IMG/VR virus record: IMGVR_UViG_3300020572_000004 | Strand: one strand, 5' to 3' | Length of the DNA stretch: 64,000 bases | From: an uncultured virus (IMG/VR IMGVR_UViG_3300020572_000004) | Lineage: Duplodnaviria; Heunggongvirae; Uroviricota; Caudoviricetes | Shown here: positions 26,100 to 34,241 of the stretch, one piece after another | Position numbering within the stretch: position 1 is the first letter of the stretch | How the letters are laid out: every line of letters starts with the position of its first letter | Position numbers and translations under genes: made by a program | The notes under the pieces: model-generated | Seen by the model: the letters and a program-made list of their open reading frames with translations, nothing else | Database searches by the model: none | Told to the model about the DNA's origin: nothing

Positions 26100-27010
26100 T
26101 TGTATTCAATTCCTTTGCGTCCACCAACTGGACTGATTACAATGCGTGTACCTTTTACGCCGGCATCACTGCGATCTCCTTTGTATATAGCCATAAGAAC
26201 AGGATCATAGCCATCACCATCTACGCTATCACCATTGTAATGAACATGATTAGCTGACAATTCATAATGTTTGCCTTTCTTGACGAGTTTAACTGGTCCT
26301 TGCAACAGCATACTAACATTTTGTTGACCAAGTGTACCACCATACTTGTTGCCATATACACTAAGCATTTTCAACTTATCATCTTTAATTTTACGATATA
26401 GCGTAGTAGCTGGTGGCAAACCATCAGGATAGTCTTTTTTAAGATCAGAGATAAATTTTTGAGTTTCCTTATGAGCAAAAATTGTTGGTTCCTTTGCTGA
26501 ACTTATACCACCCCATTGTTGAAAGTCTTTTGCTTTGCTACCATCTTTATGTGATAACCAAACAATCTCTTTACCATCAATATCCAATAAGTGAAAGTCG
26601 CTCTTAGGAGTTCCTGCAGTACTAGCTGCACCATACACATCATAAGTTTTATTGCCAACTTTTATTTTGATGGTAGCTGATGCCATGTCGCTTTTTGCGG
26701 CATCAATTTGTTCTATCAAAGATGCCAATTCACGGTCCTCTTTAACAGTTCCTCCGCCACTACCCCGGCCGCCAAATTCTGAATTTTTTGCAATATCCTT
26801 TAGTGAATATGTATTGCCTTTGCCATCAAGTAATCGTATAGCGCTTGTAGGCAGTCTTTTGGTAATGGTGTTGATAACATCTTTAGCTGGTATGAATACC
26901 ACTTTTTTACCATTCTCCAATTCAAAAGCTTCACTGTTCTTAAGCTTTTTAAGAAAAACTTCGGCGCGCCAATCGTACTTGTATAATTCTTTTCCTGCTA
27001 AGTTTGACAT
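26096..27010 (-). CDS. PD-(D/E)XK restriction-endonuclease-like protein
   Basis: KE, TPKSDF, WLSHK, FQQWGG motifs. Confidence 0.65.
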   Translation of the reverse strand: MSNLAGKELYKYDWRAEVFLKKLKNSEAFELENGKKVVFIPAKDVINTITKRLPTSAIRLLDGKGNTYSLKDIAKNSEFGGRGSGGGTVKEDRELASLIEQIDAAKSDMASATIKIKVGNKTYDVYGAASTAGTPKSDFHLLDIDGKEIVWLSHKDGSKAKDFQQWGGISSAKEPTIFAHKETQKFISDLKKDYPDGLPPATTLYRKIKDDKLKMLSVYGNKYGGTLGQQNVSMLLQGPVKLVKKGKHYELSANHVHYNGDSVDGDGYDPVLMAIYKGDRSDAGVKGTRIVISPVGGRKGIEYK

Positions 27011-27028
27011 ACTGTGAATTATGGTTAT

Positions 27029-27478
27029 TTATACCAAAGGATATTTAGATATAAAGTCAGCTGATAGAGATGGCTCTAAGGCGTTTGCTTCTATTTCCCA
27101 CGGGCATTCTTCATAATCGGTATCGTCAGCATAATTTTTGCCTTTCCATCGCGCACAATATCCTGAATATAACATTCGCAATTCTCCTCGAGAAAACTGT
27201 TTGATATGAATCATCTCATGCGCAAGCGTGCGTATTAGCGTATCTGTATCATTATAGTCTAGACGAATAGTATAATAATCATTATGTTGTGAGGCGTCCA
27301 AATCATAACATTCACCATATGTATTTTCATTGGTCAACATATCCTTGACCAGCTTGATGCGTATTTCTATGTTACGCTTACGCGGCATCAATGCCTTCAA
27401 AAAGAAAACGGCTGCAGCGCCAATGCGACGTTTTAATCGCTTATCTGCGCTGCAGCCGTATATACTAAATTTAATCAC
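27029..27478 (-). CDS. Zinc metallopeptidase-like protein
   Basis: TLAHEMIHIKQ and PWEIEA. Confidence 0.8.
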   Translation of the reverse strand: MIKFSIYGCSADKRLKRRIGAAAVFFLKALMPRKRNIEIRIKLVKDMLTNENTYGECYDLDASQHNDYYTIRLDYNDTDTLIRTLAHEMIHIKQFSRGELRMLYSGYCARWKGKNYADDTDYEECPWEIEANALEPSLSADFISKYPLV

Positions 27479-27484
27479 TGAGGG

Positions 27485-29017
27485 TCAAGCATATGTTTCA
27501 ATCATTCGTGACAGGTCAGCATCGCTAATCTCAACGCCGCTGGCAATAGCGCCAGCGCTCATGTTTAAGCCGCGGGATAGTTTGCGAAGGTTAGCACTTT
27601 GTTGACTCTTGCCTTTGCGCAACAGGTCAACAACGTGCTTACGTGCTTTATCATCCAGCTCAAGACCATCCTCAAGAGTAATCTTACCAACAATTTTATC
27701 CATGAAATCATAAATTTCGGCTTCAGTTGGATCAATATTGATAATGAACGCACGAGTACGCAGCGCACCATCAGGATCAAGTTTGTTTAATGGAAGGTTA
27801 CTAATAAAAATAACTTTACCTGTAAATTCAAAATAACGCGGAATCAAGCCTGCATCAAGAATTTCTTCATCGGTCATGTCATCAGGATCAACAACATTTT
27901 TACCCATTTTGTTCCACACCAACTTACGAATCTTCTTGGTATCGGTAGCGGCTTTCAACAAGTTGCGTGCTTCTTGATCACCCAATGCATCGTCGGAATC
28001 ATCAAAGAAGATGATCTTATCCTTATAGCGGAACAGCAATGAGTATAAACCTGCAGCACTAGCACTACCAGTATTCTTAAAGTAACCAGCGCCATCACGC
28101 AATCCAAGGTTGCTAAGGATTTGTTCGGTTGTATGTGTTTTACCAACACCGCCTTTACCACTGACAAACAATGCATTGGCAGAACCACTAACAGTCATTT
28201 TAACTAGATTTTCTAGGTCAAACAATTGAGCTTCAAAGGTGAGGCGCTCTTGATCGCTTTCAAGAGCGTTGATCTCTTGAGATATAACATACTTTTCTTT
28301 AGCAGAGCCACGCGTTACTTTTGCTTCAACACTGCCAGTTGCATCAAGGAGTGCACCTTGTTCTTTACGAATCTTTTCAATGTCCTTTGCCTTACCAGCC
28401 CATGTGAACTTTGTGCCAGTCTTGACAAACAGTGCAGGGTATGAGGTTTCAAGCTGATCAAAAATCTTCTGACCAGCACTCTTGTGTTTAGTATATACCT
28501 TACCCTTTGCAAAGGAAGGCTCAGTAACCATATCTAAGATATCATTAAGAATATCTACTGGGCTAGCAGCTTCAGCTAAAAAATCATAATTGAAATCTTC
28601 GTTGAGTGGCACATCATCAGGCATGGTACGAATCTTACCCAGCTCAATGCTGTTATTTTTAAGTGCATCTGCAACGAGTGGCAATACCTTAACAATACTT
28701 ACGGTCTGATCAAATTCAATGTGGAACGGAGCTGGAGTTTTACCATTCCAAAAATCAATGCTTGCAAGATTTGAATAGCCGGCTTGACTAGCACTCTTCC
28801 AGTTGAAACGCAATGAAACATTCTTTTTGCTAGAATAGAAACGCAAACCAAAACCTGCTCCATCACCGTTCTTGAATGCTTCAATACCAGGATATCTAAA
28901 CAATACAACACCGGTTTTCTTCTTTAGATATTTAGCAATTAGAAATGCTACTTTATCTGTAGACGCGTTTGAAAAGGCCTCAGCCAAATAACTTTTAAAA
29001 CTTATTACGTTTGACAT
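27485..29017 (-). CDS. AAA+/P-loop ATPase with N-terminal extension
   Basis: GKGGVGKT Walker A, IFFDDSD Walker B, IFISN, ALRTR. Confidence 0.8.
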   Translation of the reverse strand: MSNVISFKSYLAEAFSNASTDKVAFLIAKYLKKKTGVVLFRYPGIEAFKNGDGAGFGLRFYSSKKNVSLRFNWKSASQAGYSNLASIDFWNGKTPAPFHIEFDQTVSIVKVLPLVADALKNNSIELGKIRTMPDDVPLNEDFNYDFLAEAASPVDILNDILDMVTEPSFAKGKVYTKHKSAGQKIFDQLETSYPALFVKTGTKFTWAGKAKDIEKIRKEQGALLDATGSVEAKVTRGSAKEKYVISQEINALESDQERLTFEAQLFDLENLVKMTVSGSANALFVSGKGGVGKTHTTEQILSNLGLRDGAGYFKNTGSASAAGLYSLLFRYKDKIIFFDDSDDALGDQEARNLLKAATDTKKIRKLVWNKMGKNVVDPDDMTDEEILDAGLIPRYFEFTGKVIFISNLPLNKLDPDGALRTRAFIINIDPTEAEIYDFMDKIVGKITLEDGLELDDKARKHVVDLLRKGKSQQSANLRKLSRGLNMSAGAIASGVEISDADLSRMIETYA

Positions 29018-29037
29018 ATACTTTATTTATAATAAAG

Positions 29038-30219
29038 TTAAATTTTAAAATCATCAAACTTATTAGCACGACCAGCATTAGTTCGCCCTGCAGCAAAAGG
29101 AGTTTGCGGAGCAGAGTGTGAAGAGTCATCAGCCATAATATTTGCGGTAGGATCGCTCACATCATACAGTCTCATCTTTGCTAGATCAACACCAATTGTA
29201 AATCGTTTATTGGTTGTTGGATCATTGTAACGATTCTTGAGTTGCTTTACCATTATTTGATTCATCTTGTCAAGTTGTTCAGTACGAATAAATGCAATCA
29301 TCAAGTCAGCCGTTGCAGGTAGTCCAAAACTTTCGCTGGTATCCGTAATTTCAATATCTGACGATTGAAAACCCGACCGCGTAACTTGAGTTGCACTCCA
29401 GATGGGTACATTAAATTCAACAGCCAATCCACGAATCTCTTCAGCAATACTTTTGATAAGACTGTATGTATTGACGCTTCCGCTCAATCCTTTCATGCGG
29501 CTACTTGCGCAAATGTTTAGATAATCAATATAAATGATGTCAGGAACAAACTTCTTTTTCAATTTGAGTTCAAGTAGCAATGCGCGGAAGTGACCGACAT
29601 GTGCACTTGCGGTTGGATATTCTTTGACAACAAGTTTACCTTTGGTTTTATCGCTGATACCTTTGACCTTTGTATTGAATGATGCTTTAGTCAAGTCCTT
29701 CAACTGATCAATACGTACATCAAAAAGATTGGCATCAATACGCTCAGCAATCTTTTCTTCGGCCATTTCCATTGTGATATACAATACATTGCGACCTTCT
29801 GATAGTGCAGCACTAGCCATATGACACATACCCAAACTTTTTCCGCAACCAGTATTATGTGAAGAAACACCATCAGTGTAATACCGATGATTATCATGCT
29901 CAACCTGAATATCAACGATTGGAATTCGCTTTCCTGTTTTTGTAACAATACCAATTTGGTATCCATTTTCAGTTAGATACTGTTGTTTTTTAAGAACTAA
30001 ATCTTTTGCGTATTGCCATCCGTCAATGGTTTCAAACAAGTGATTTTCATTAACTCGAATAACTTTTCCACTATCAAGTAGTAAAACATATTCATCCCAG
30101 ATTCCTTTGTCAACAAATGCTGATACCGGAACAAACCCATCGGGTGAATCTACTTCTATTGTGTATCCTGCATTCAGGAGCTCTTCAATTTCTTTAATTT
30201 TAATAATTTTTTCGGTCAT
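29038..30219 (-). CDS. 41: gp41 replicative helicase C-terminal part preceded by a 122-aa split-intein C-fragment (29854-30219)
   Basis: Intein motifs NENHLF, IVDIQV and SSHN, then TGCGKS, YITMEM, IDYL, SATQ, TSESFGLPATAD, QLKNRY. Confidence 0.92.
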   Translation of the reverse strand: MTEKIIKIKEIEELLNAGYTIEVDSPDGFVPVSAFVDKGIWDEYVLLLDSGKVIRVNENHLFETIDGWQYAKDLVLKKQQYLTENGYQIGIVTKTGKRIPIVDIQVEHDNHRYYTDGVSSHNTGCGKSLGMCHMASAALSEGRNVLYITMEMAEEKIAERIDANLFDVRIDQLKDLTKASFNTKVKGISDKTKGKLVVKEYPTASAHVGHFRALLLELKLKKKFVPDIIYIDYLNICASSRMKGLSGSVNTYSLIKSIAEEIRGLAVEFNVPIWSATQVTRSGFQSSDIEITDTSESFGLPATADLMIAFIRTEQLDKMNQIMVKQLKNRYNDPTTNKRFTIGVDLAKMRLYDVSDPTANIMADDSSHSAPQTPFAAGRTNAGRANKFDDFKI

Positions 30220-30272
30220 ATAAAGGTGTGATTTGTATAAATATAATGTTAGCTGGAACAAGAATCAATCTT

Positions 30273-31088
30273 ATGAAATTTTACGCTCAAATCTATTATA
30301 ACATCTGTAATGAAAATGTAAATAACAAAATTCATTATTGTAAAGGATCAAACATACATAAGCATCATATCATTCCCCGTCATGCGGGTGGTGGAGAAGA
30401 TGAAAGTAATTTTACTTACCTTAGTATTAGACAGCATATAGCAGCACATTTCTTATTGTGGAAAATACATGGTATGGTTAATGATTTGCGATCAATGCAT
30501 ATGCTAGGAGCAAAATTAACATATGAACAAAGACGTATTGTTGGCAAATGGTGTTATGAGAATAAGATCGGAATGTTTTTAATCGGTAAGGAAGAGCGAG
30601 CTGAGATATCACGCAGAGGAATTGAGACACAAATCAAAAATAAACTAGGTATTCATAATCCAGAAAACTTTTCAAAATTTGCATCACTTGGTGGAAAAGC
30701 TTCAATAATTTCACCTAATAACCCATGGGCATATTGGGCCTCAAAGGAAGGGCAATCTGCTAGAGCACATTTGGGTGGAAAATCACACATTGGTAAATTA
30801 TGGATTCATAAAAATGATGTTATAACACGGTGTCTTAATACCGAAATTCAACAAAAAATTGATGAAGGATGGCAATATGGTATGAAAGATGGTGGAAAAG
30901 AATATGTGAATAACGGAGAGAAAACATTTAGAATTGAAACCAATAGGATATTCGGATTGCTTTTACGCGGTTGGCAATTAGGAAAAGCACCCAATTACCA
31001 ACCTGATCGCAGACGGTCTAAGAAAGAATTTTCTTATGAATCCTTACTCGAATTGGAGTCTCAGGGTGAACACAGCCTGCCAAAATAA
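30273..31088 (+). CDS. Free-standing HNH homing endonuclease inside fractured gene 41 (antisense)
   Basis: HKHHIIPRHAGG..E.SN...QHIAAHFLLWK; plus-strand TATAAATA at 30236-30243; start may be 30246. Confidence 0.88.
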   Translation: MKFYAQIYYNICNENVNNKIHYCKGSNIHKHHIIPRHAGGGEDESNFTYLSIRQHIAAHFLLWKIHGMVNDLRSMHMLGAKLTYEQRRIVGKWCYENKIGMFLIGKEERAEISRRGIETQIKNKLGIHNPENFSKFASLGGKASIISPNNPWAYWASKEGQSARAHLGGKSHIGKLWIHKNDVITRCLNTEIQQKIDEGWQYGMKDGGKEYVNNGEKTFRIETNRIFGLLLRGWQLGKAPNYQPDRRRSKKEFSYESLLELESQGEHSLPK

Positions 31089-31659
31089 TGTTGAGCGTCT
31101 TGCGAGGAATACCTCCGCCTGTAATGGTATTAAGCATTTCAAGGTCAAAGGCAATCTTATCTTCGGTCTTGTGATAAAAGTCATAGCGGCTTTCAGCATT
31201 CTCAAGATAGTCATGTCCAACATTTGTATCAAAGGTAACGCTCAATGCATTGCTAAGAATGGTTGGAATGGCGCCTTCGGTCTGATCTTTGCTTTTGCCG
31301 TCAATAATACTAACGGCTTCCATAATTGCAAGATGTACTGCGCGATCCTTACACCACTTTTCAGTGTTGTCCACTAGCCAATCATAGTCAACACTGGCAG
31401 GACTATCAATATCACGAATGCTGCTTAGCACTTCGTGATGGTCATTGCGATTAACATAGTCGCTATTTTGAAATTCAATGTCTAGGACACTGCTAGTTGG
31501 CAGCTTGTTGTACTTGCTGATAAATGACAAGATCAATTCATACAATACTTTATGCTGTCCTTCAAAGTATTCGGGTTTTAAATGAGGAAGCGCTTTGCGC
31601 GTAAACATTTCATTTTGTATCAGGTTCTTAATGATTATTTCCTCAAGATTCTTTTGCAT
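31018..31659 (-). CDS. 41: gp41 helicase N-terminal part ending in an 18-aa split-intein N-fragment (31021-31074)
   Basis: FDTNVGHDY, LNTITGGGIPRKTLNIILAG then CVHPETPIRVRIHKKILS*. Confidence 0.92.
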   Translation of the reverse strand: MQKNLEEIIIKNLIQNEMFTRKALPHLKPEYFEGQHKVLYELILSFISKYNKLPTSSVLDIEFQNSDYVNRNDHHEVLSSIRDIDSPASVDYDWLVDNTEKWCKDRAVHLAIMEAVSIIDGKSKDQTEGAIPTILSNALSVTFDTNVGHDYLENAESRYDFYHKTEDKIAFDLEMLNTITGGGIPRKTLNIILAGCVHPETPIRVRIHKKILS

Positions 31660-31951
31660 CGTTGTTTCCAATTTTAAATTCGCTTTGTGATAATAGATGA
31701 TTTAATACGTCTCCGATATGATTCTTAAATTCAGAGTCTTCGTCTAGCGATTCCTTAAGCAGCCCTTCTGGAGTGCTTTCAATCTTATAGACAAATGAAA
31801 CCTTCAAGACATCATTTTCTTTGTCCTCAGTGAGGCGGGTGCGTCCATATGTATAGATCACACCCGCCCAACGTCCAGACAATAATTTTATCGAGTATTG
31901 ATCACTATGTAAATCATTTTCGACAAAAATATAGTCTTTTTTCTCAGTCAT
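31643..31951 (-). CDS. gp40-like head vertex assembly chaperone
   Basis: Synteny uvsX-40-41 and size. Confidence 0.55.
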   Translation of the reverse strand: MTEKKDYIFVENDLHSDQYSIKLLSGRWAGVIYTYGRTRLTEDKENDVLKVSFVYKIESTPEGLLKESLDEDSEFKNHIGDVLNHLLSQSEFKIGNNDAKES

Positions 31952-32522
31952 CTGTTTGTGTATCAGGCGATTCTTCAAAGGTGATTGCACTCTCAGGAAC
32001 GCGATCAAGATCAACTTCAACGTCATTCATCATGTCGCGCAGGCCGATGGTATACTTGTTTTTGAGATATTCCGCAAAGTCAGTATTCTTAAATACAGTC
32101 TCCCAGAATTCTTTAGTCATGGTTTGAGCAGCACGCAGGTTACCAGTCAACTCAACATCCTTTGCAATGTCCCATGCTTGGTACCAACCATTCTTTGGCT
32201 TGCGAACATAGCCACCAAGAATAGCAATATCCAATAGGCCGCTCCATTTTTGAACGCCACCTTCCCAGCTTACACTGATTGGAATTTTACTTTTTTCTTT
32301 AACAAAGCGACTCTTTTCTACATTGATTACAAAGTGATAGCCTTGAATTTCAGTACCATCTTTATCTTGTTGGCGACCAATAATCCAAACATTGTCCGCA
32401 CTATACATGATGCCGGTGTTATGCGTCACAACACCATTCTTAAGAATATAGTGTTCAGCATCTTTAACGCTAAGGTCATATACTTTTTGCCGCCCTATTG
32501 ATTTAATTTCTTTAATTTTCAT
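31944..32522 (-). CDS. uvsX: UvsX C-terminal part preceded by a 35-aa split-intein C-fragment (32418-32522)
   Basis: MKIKEIKSIGRQKVYDLSV...NGVVTHN then TGIMYSAD, KSRFVKEK; own promoter at 32531-32559. Confidence 0.92.
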   Translation of the reverse strand: MKIKEIKSIGRQKVYDLSVKDAEHYILKNGVVTHNTGIMYSADNVWIIGRQQDKDGTEIQGYHFVINVEKSRFVKEKSKIPISVSWEGGVQKWSGLLDIAILGGYVRKPKNGWYQAWDIAKDVELTGNLRAAQTMTKEFWETVFKNTDFAEYLKNKYTIGLRDMMNDVEVDLDRVPESAITFEESPDTQTDD

Positions 32523-32567
32523 TATGTTATATTATAATATATTTTCTTCTGTTTGTAAAGGTCTTTT

Positions 32568-33257
32568 TTAAACGTAATTCCATTTACTCCATTGTGTATG
32601 ATCGGACTTAATTCGGCGTGATATAACGGCTCTAGTTAAATTTAAAGCATTTACGGCATCTTTAATACAGTCATACTGTATTTCGTTAATCATAATTGAT
32701 TTTGCACAAGGATTATTTCCACCAGTTCTTTCTTCTGAATATCTCTTAAATAATGCATCGTGCTTTCCTGTATTATATACATCTTGAATTTTTGTTTTTC
32801 TAATTTTTGCAGCTTCTTCAGACATGTTTAATCGTTGCTTTTTATTCATTTCTGATATTATAGACGGATCTGTATTAGATATTCTTTCTTTTACCTTTAA
32901 ACTAATGTTTTCATTTCTATTCACTATTTCTTCATCAGATAAAGATTCATACCACCCAAACCAACCTTTCCTGGTAATGCCGTCATAATCATAACCAGTT
33001 TCAGGAATTAAATTTGCCCATTCGCTACTTTCAACAACATCATATTTAGCTGAGGCTAAAACAGCGGCATTTCGCAATTCTTCTTTTGTTTGGTATGTTC
33101 CTAATAACTCAGTAAAAATATCTTTGCCATGCGTCTTTATGTGTGACTTCCAGTAATGCCCAGAACCGCTATACGATTCATAGTCATCTTTGGAAGTGAC
33201 GCACAGATATTTAAGACCTGTTATGTTATGCGTTTTTATCATCAATTTAAATGTCAT
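32568..33257 (-). CDS. Seg-like (degenerate GIY-YIG) homing endonuclease inside fractured uvsX
   Basis: KTHNITGLKYL...YSGSGHYW..H..HG...WANL..E; C-terminal NUMOD1-like HTH; TATAAATA upstream. Confidence 0.75.
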   Translation of the reverse strand: MTFKLMIKTHNITGLKYLCVTSKDDYESYSGSGHYWKSHIKTHGKDIFTELLGTYQTKEELRNAAVLASAKYDVVESSEWANLIPETGYDYDGITRKGWFGWYESLSDEEIVNRNENISLKVKERISNTDPSIISEMNKKQRLNMSEEAAKIRKTKIQDVYNTGKHDALFKRYSEERTGGNNPCAKSIMINEIQYDCIKDAVNALNLTRAVISRRIKSDHTQWSKWNYV

Positions 33258-33304
33258 AGGTATGTGTGGTTAACATACTTATTTATACAATTGACGATTT
33301 TAAC

Positions 33305-34219
33305 TTAAACCAATACTTTACAGTCTTGAGCAACCACCAAATCTTTAGCTTCAACCCATTGGTCGCCAATCATGAACTTATGGGTATCACTACAAATGAC
33401 AGTATGACCGTCTTCAAAGGTAACTTCATAGCATTCGGGCTCACCGTCTTCAAGAGTATCAGGATTCCAGACAGCAGTAACTTCCTTAGGCCCATCCAAT
33501 GTTTGAACAGTATCACCTTCAATAAAGTCTTCAACGGCTTTGGTTGTTCCATCAGGCAGAGTAATAAGAGTTCCAGCAGCAACACATCCTCCGCTAACAA
33601 TTGACTTAGGGAAAAGTCCGATCTCGAGGTAGGTATGGTTGATTGCAAGCAAGCAAATGTTTTTCATTGTAAGGTATGGCGTAACCATACGGAACAATCC
33701 TTTAAGCGCTTTAGCACGAGTCATGTCGGCAACGCTCTTTTCATTCATTGCATCTTCCAATTCTTTTTTGGATGCAAGGTTACCAACACTATCAATAACA
33801 ATAATTACCTTGTCCTTGCGCTCCATTTGCTCAAGTTGATTTACAATATCAAACTTGAGCTCTTCAATATTCTTGATAGGAATATGCAATACTCGGTTGG
33901 TGTCAATACCAAAGCTTTCGAAGTATTGCTGAGGACTACCAAATTCGCTATCATAAAACATAAGGCAAGCATCTTTATGTTTCTTAAGATATGCACCTGC
34001 CATAAGCAATGCAAAGCTGGTCTTAAAGTGCTTTGACGGACCAGCAAGAACGGTAAGGCCGCTGGTCAATCCACCGTCAATACTGCCGCTTAATGCGACA
34101 TTGACCATTGGTACACTTGTGGAGGTGATGTCTTTTTCAGCATAAAAATCGCTGTCAGCCAAGACGTCGGCTTCTTTAATTCGGCAATTCTTTTTTAGTT
34201 TTTCTAGTACAGATGACAT
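33305..34219 (-). CDS. uvsX: UvsX N-terminal part ending in a 93-aa split-intein N-fragment (33308-33586)
   Basis: AGPSKHFKT, YDSEFG, IDSVGNL, IVSGG then CVAAGTLI...CSDTHKF...W. Confidence 0.93.
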   Translation of the reverse strand: MSSVLEKLKKNCRIKEADVLADSDFYAEKDITSTSVPMVNVALSGSIDGGLTSGLTVLAGPSKHFKTSFALLMAGAYLKKHKDACLMFYDSEFGSPQQYFESFGIDTNRVLHIPIKNIEELKFDIVNQLEQMERKDKVIIVIDSVGNLASKKELEDAMNEKSVADMTRAKALKGLFRMVTPYLTMKNICLLAINHTYLEIGLFPKSIVSGGCVAAGTLITLPDGTTKAVEDFIEGDTVQTLDGPKEVTAVWNPDTLEDGEPECYEVTFEDGHTVICSDTHKFMIGDQWVEAKDLVVAQDCKVLV

Positions 34220-34241
34220 ATATTATTTCGTTGAGATATTA

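Noticed and set aside
29038..34219. Group I introns, frameshifts or pseudogenisation as the cause of the split gp41 and uvsX genes
   Set aside because: Each half carries intein terminal motifs (Cys1; His-Asn then Thr), and the C-halves have their own start codons and promoters; the gaps are filled by endonuclease ORFs with no room for ribozyme cores.
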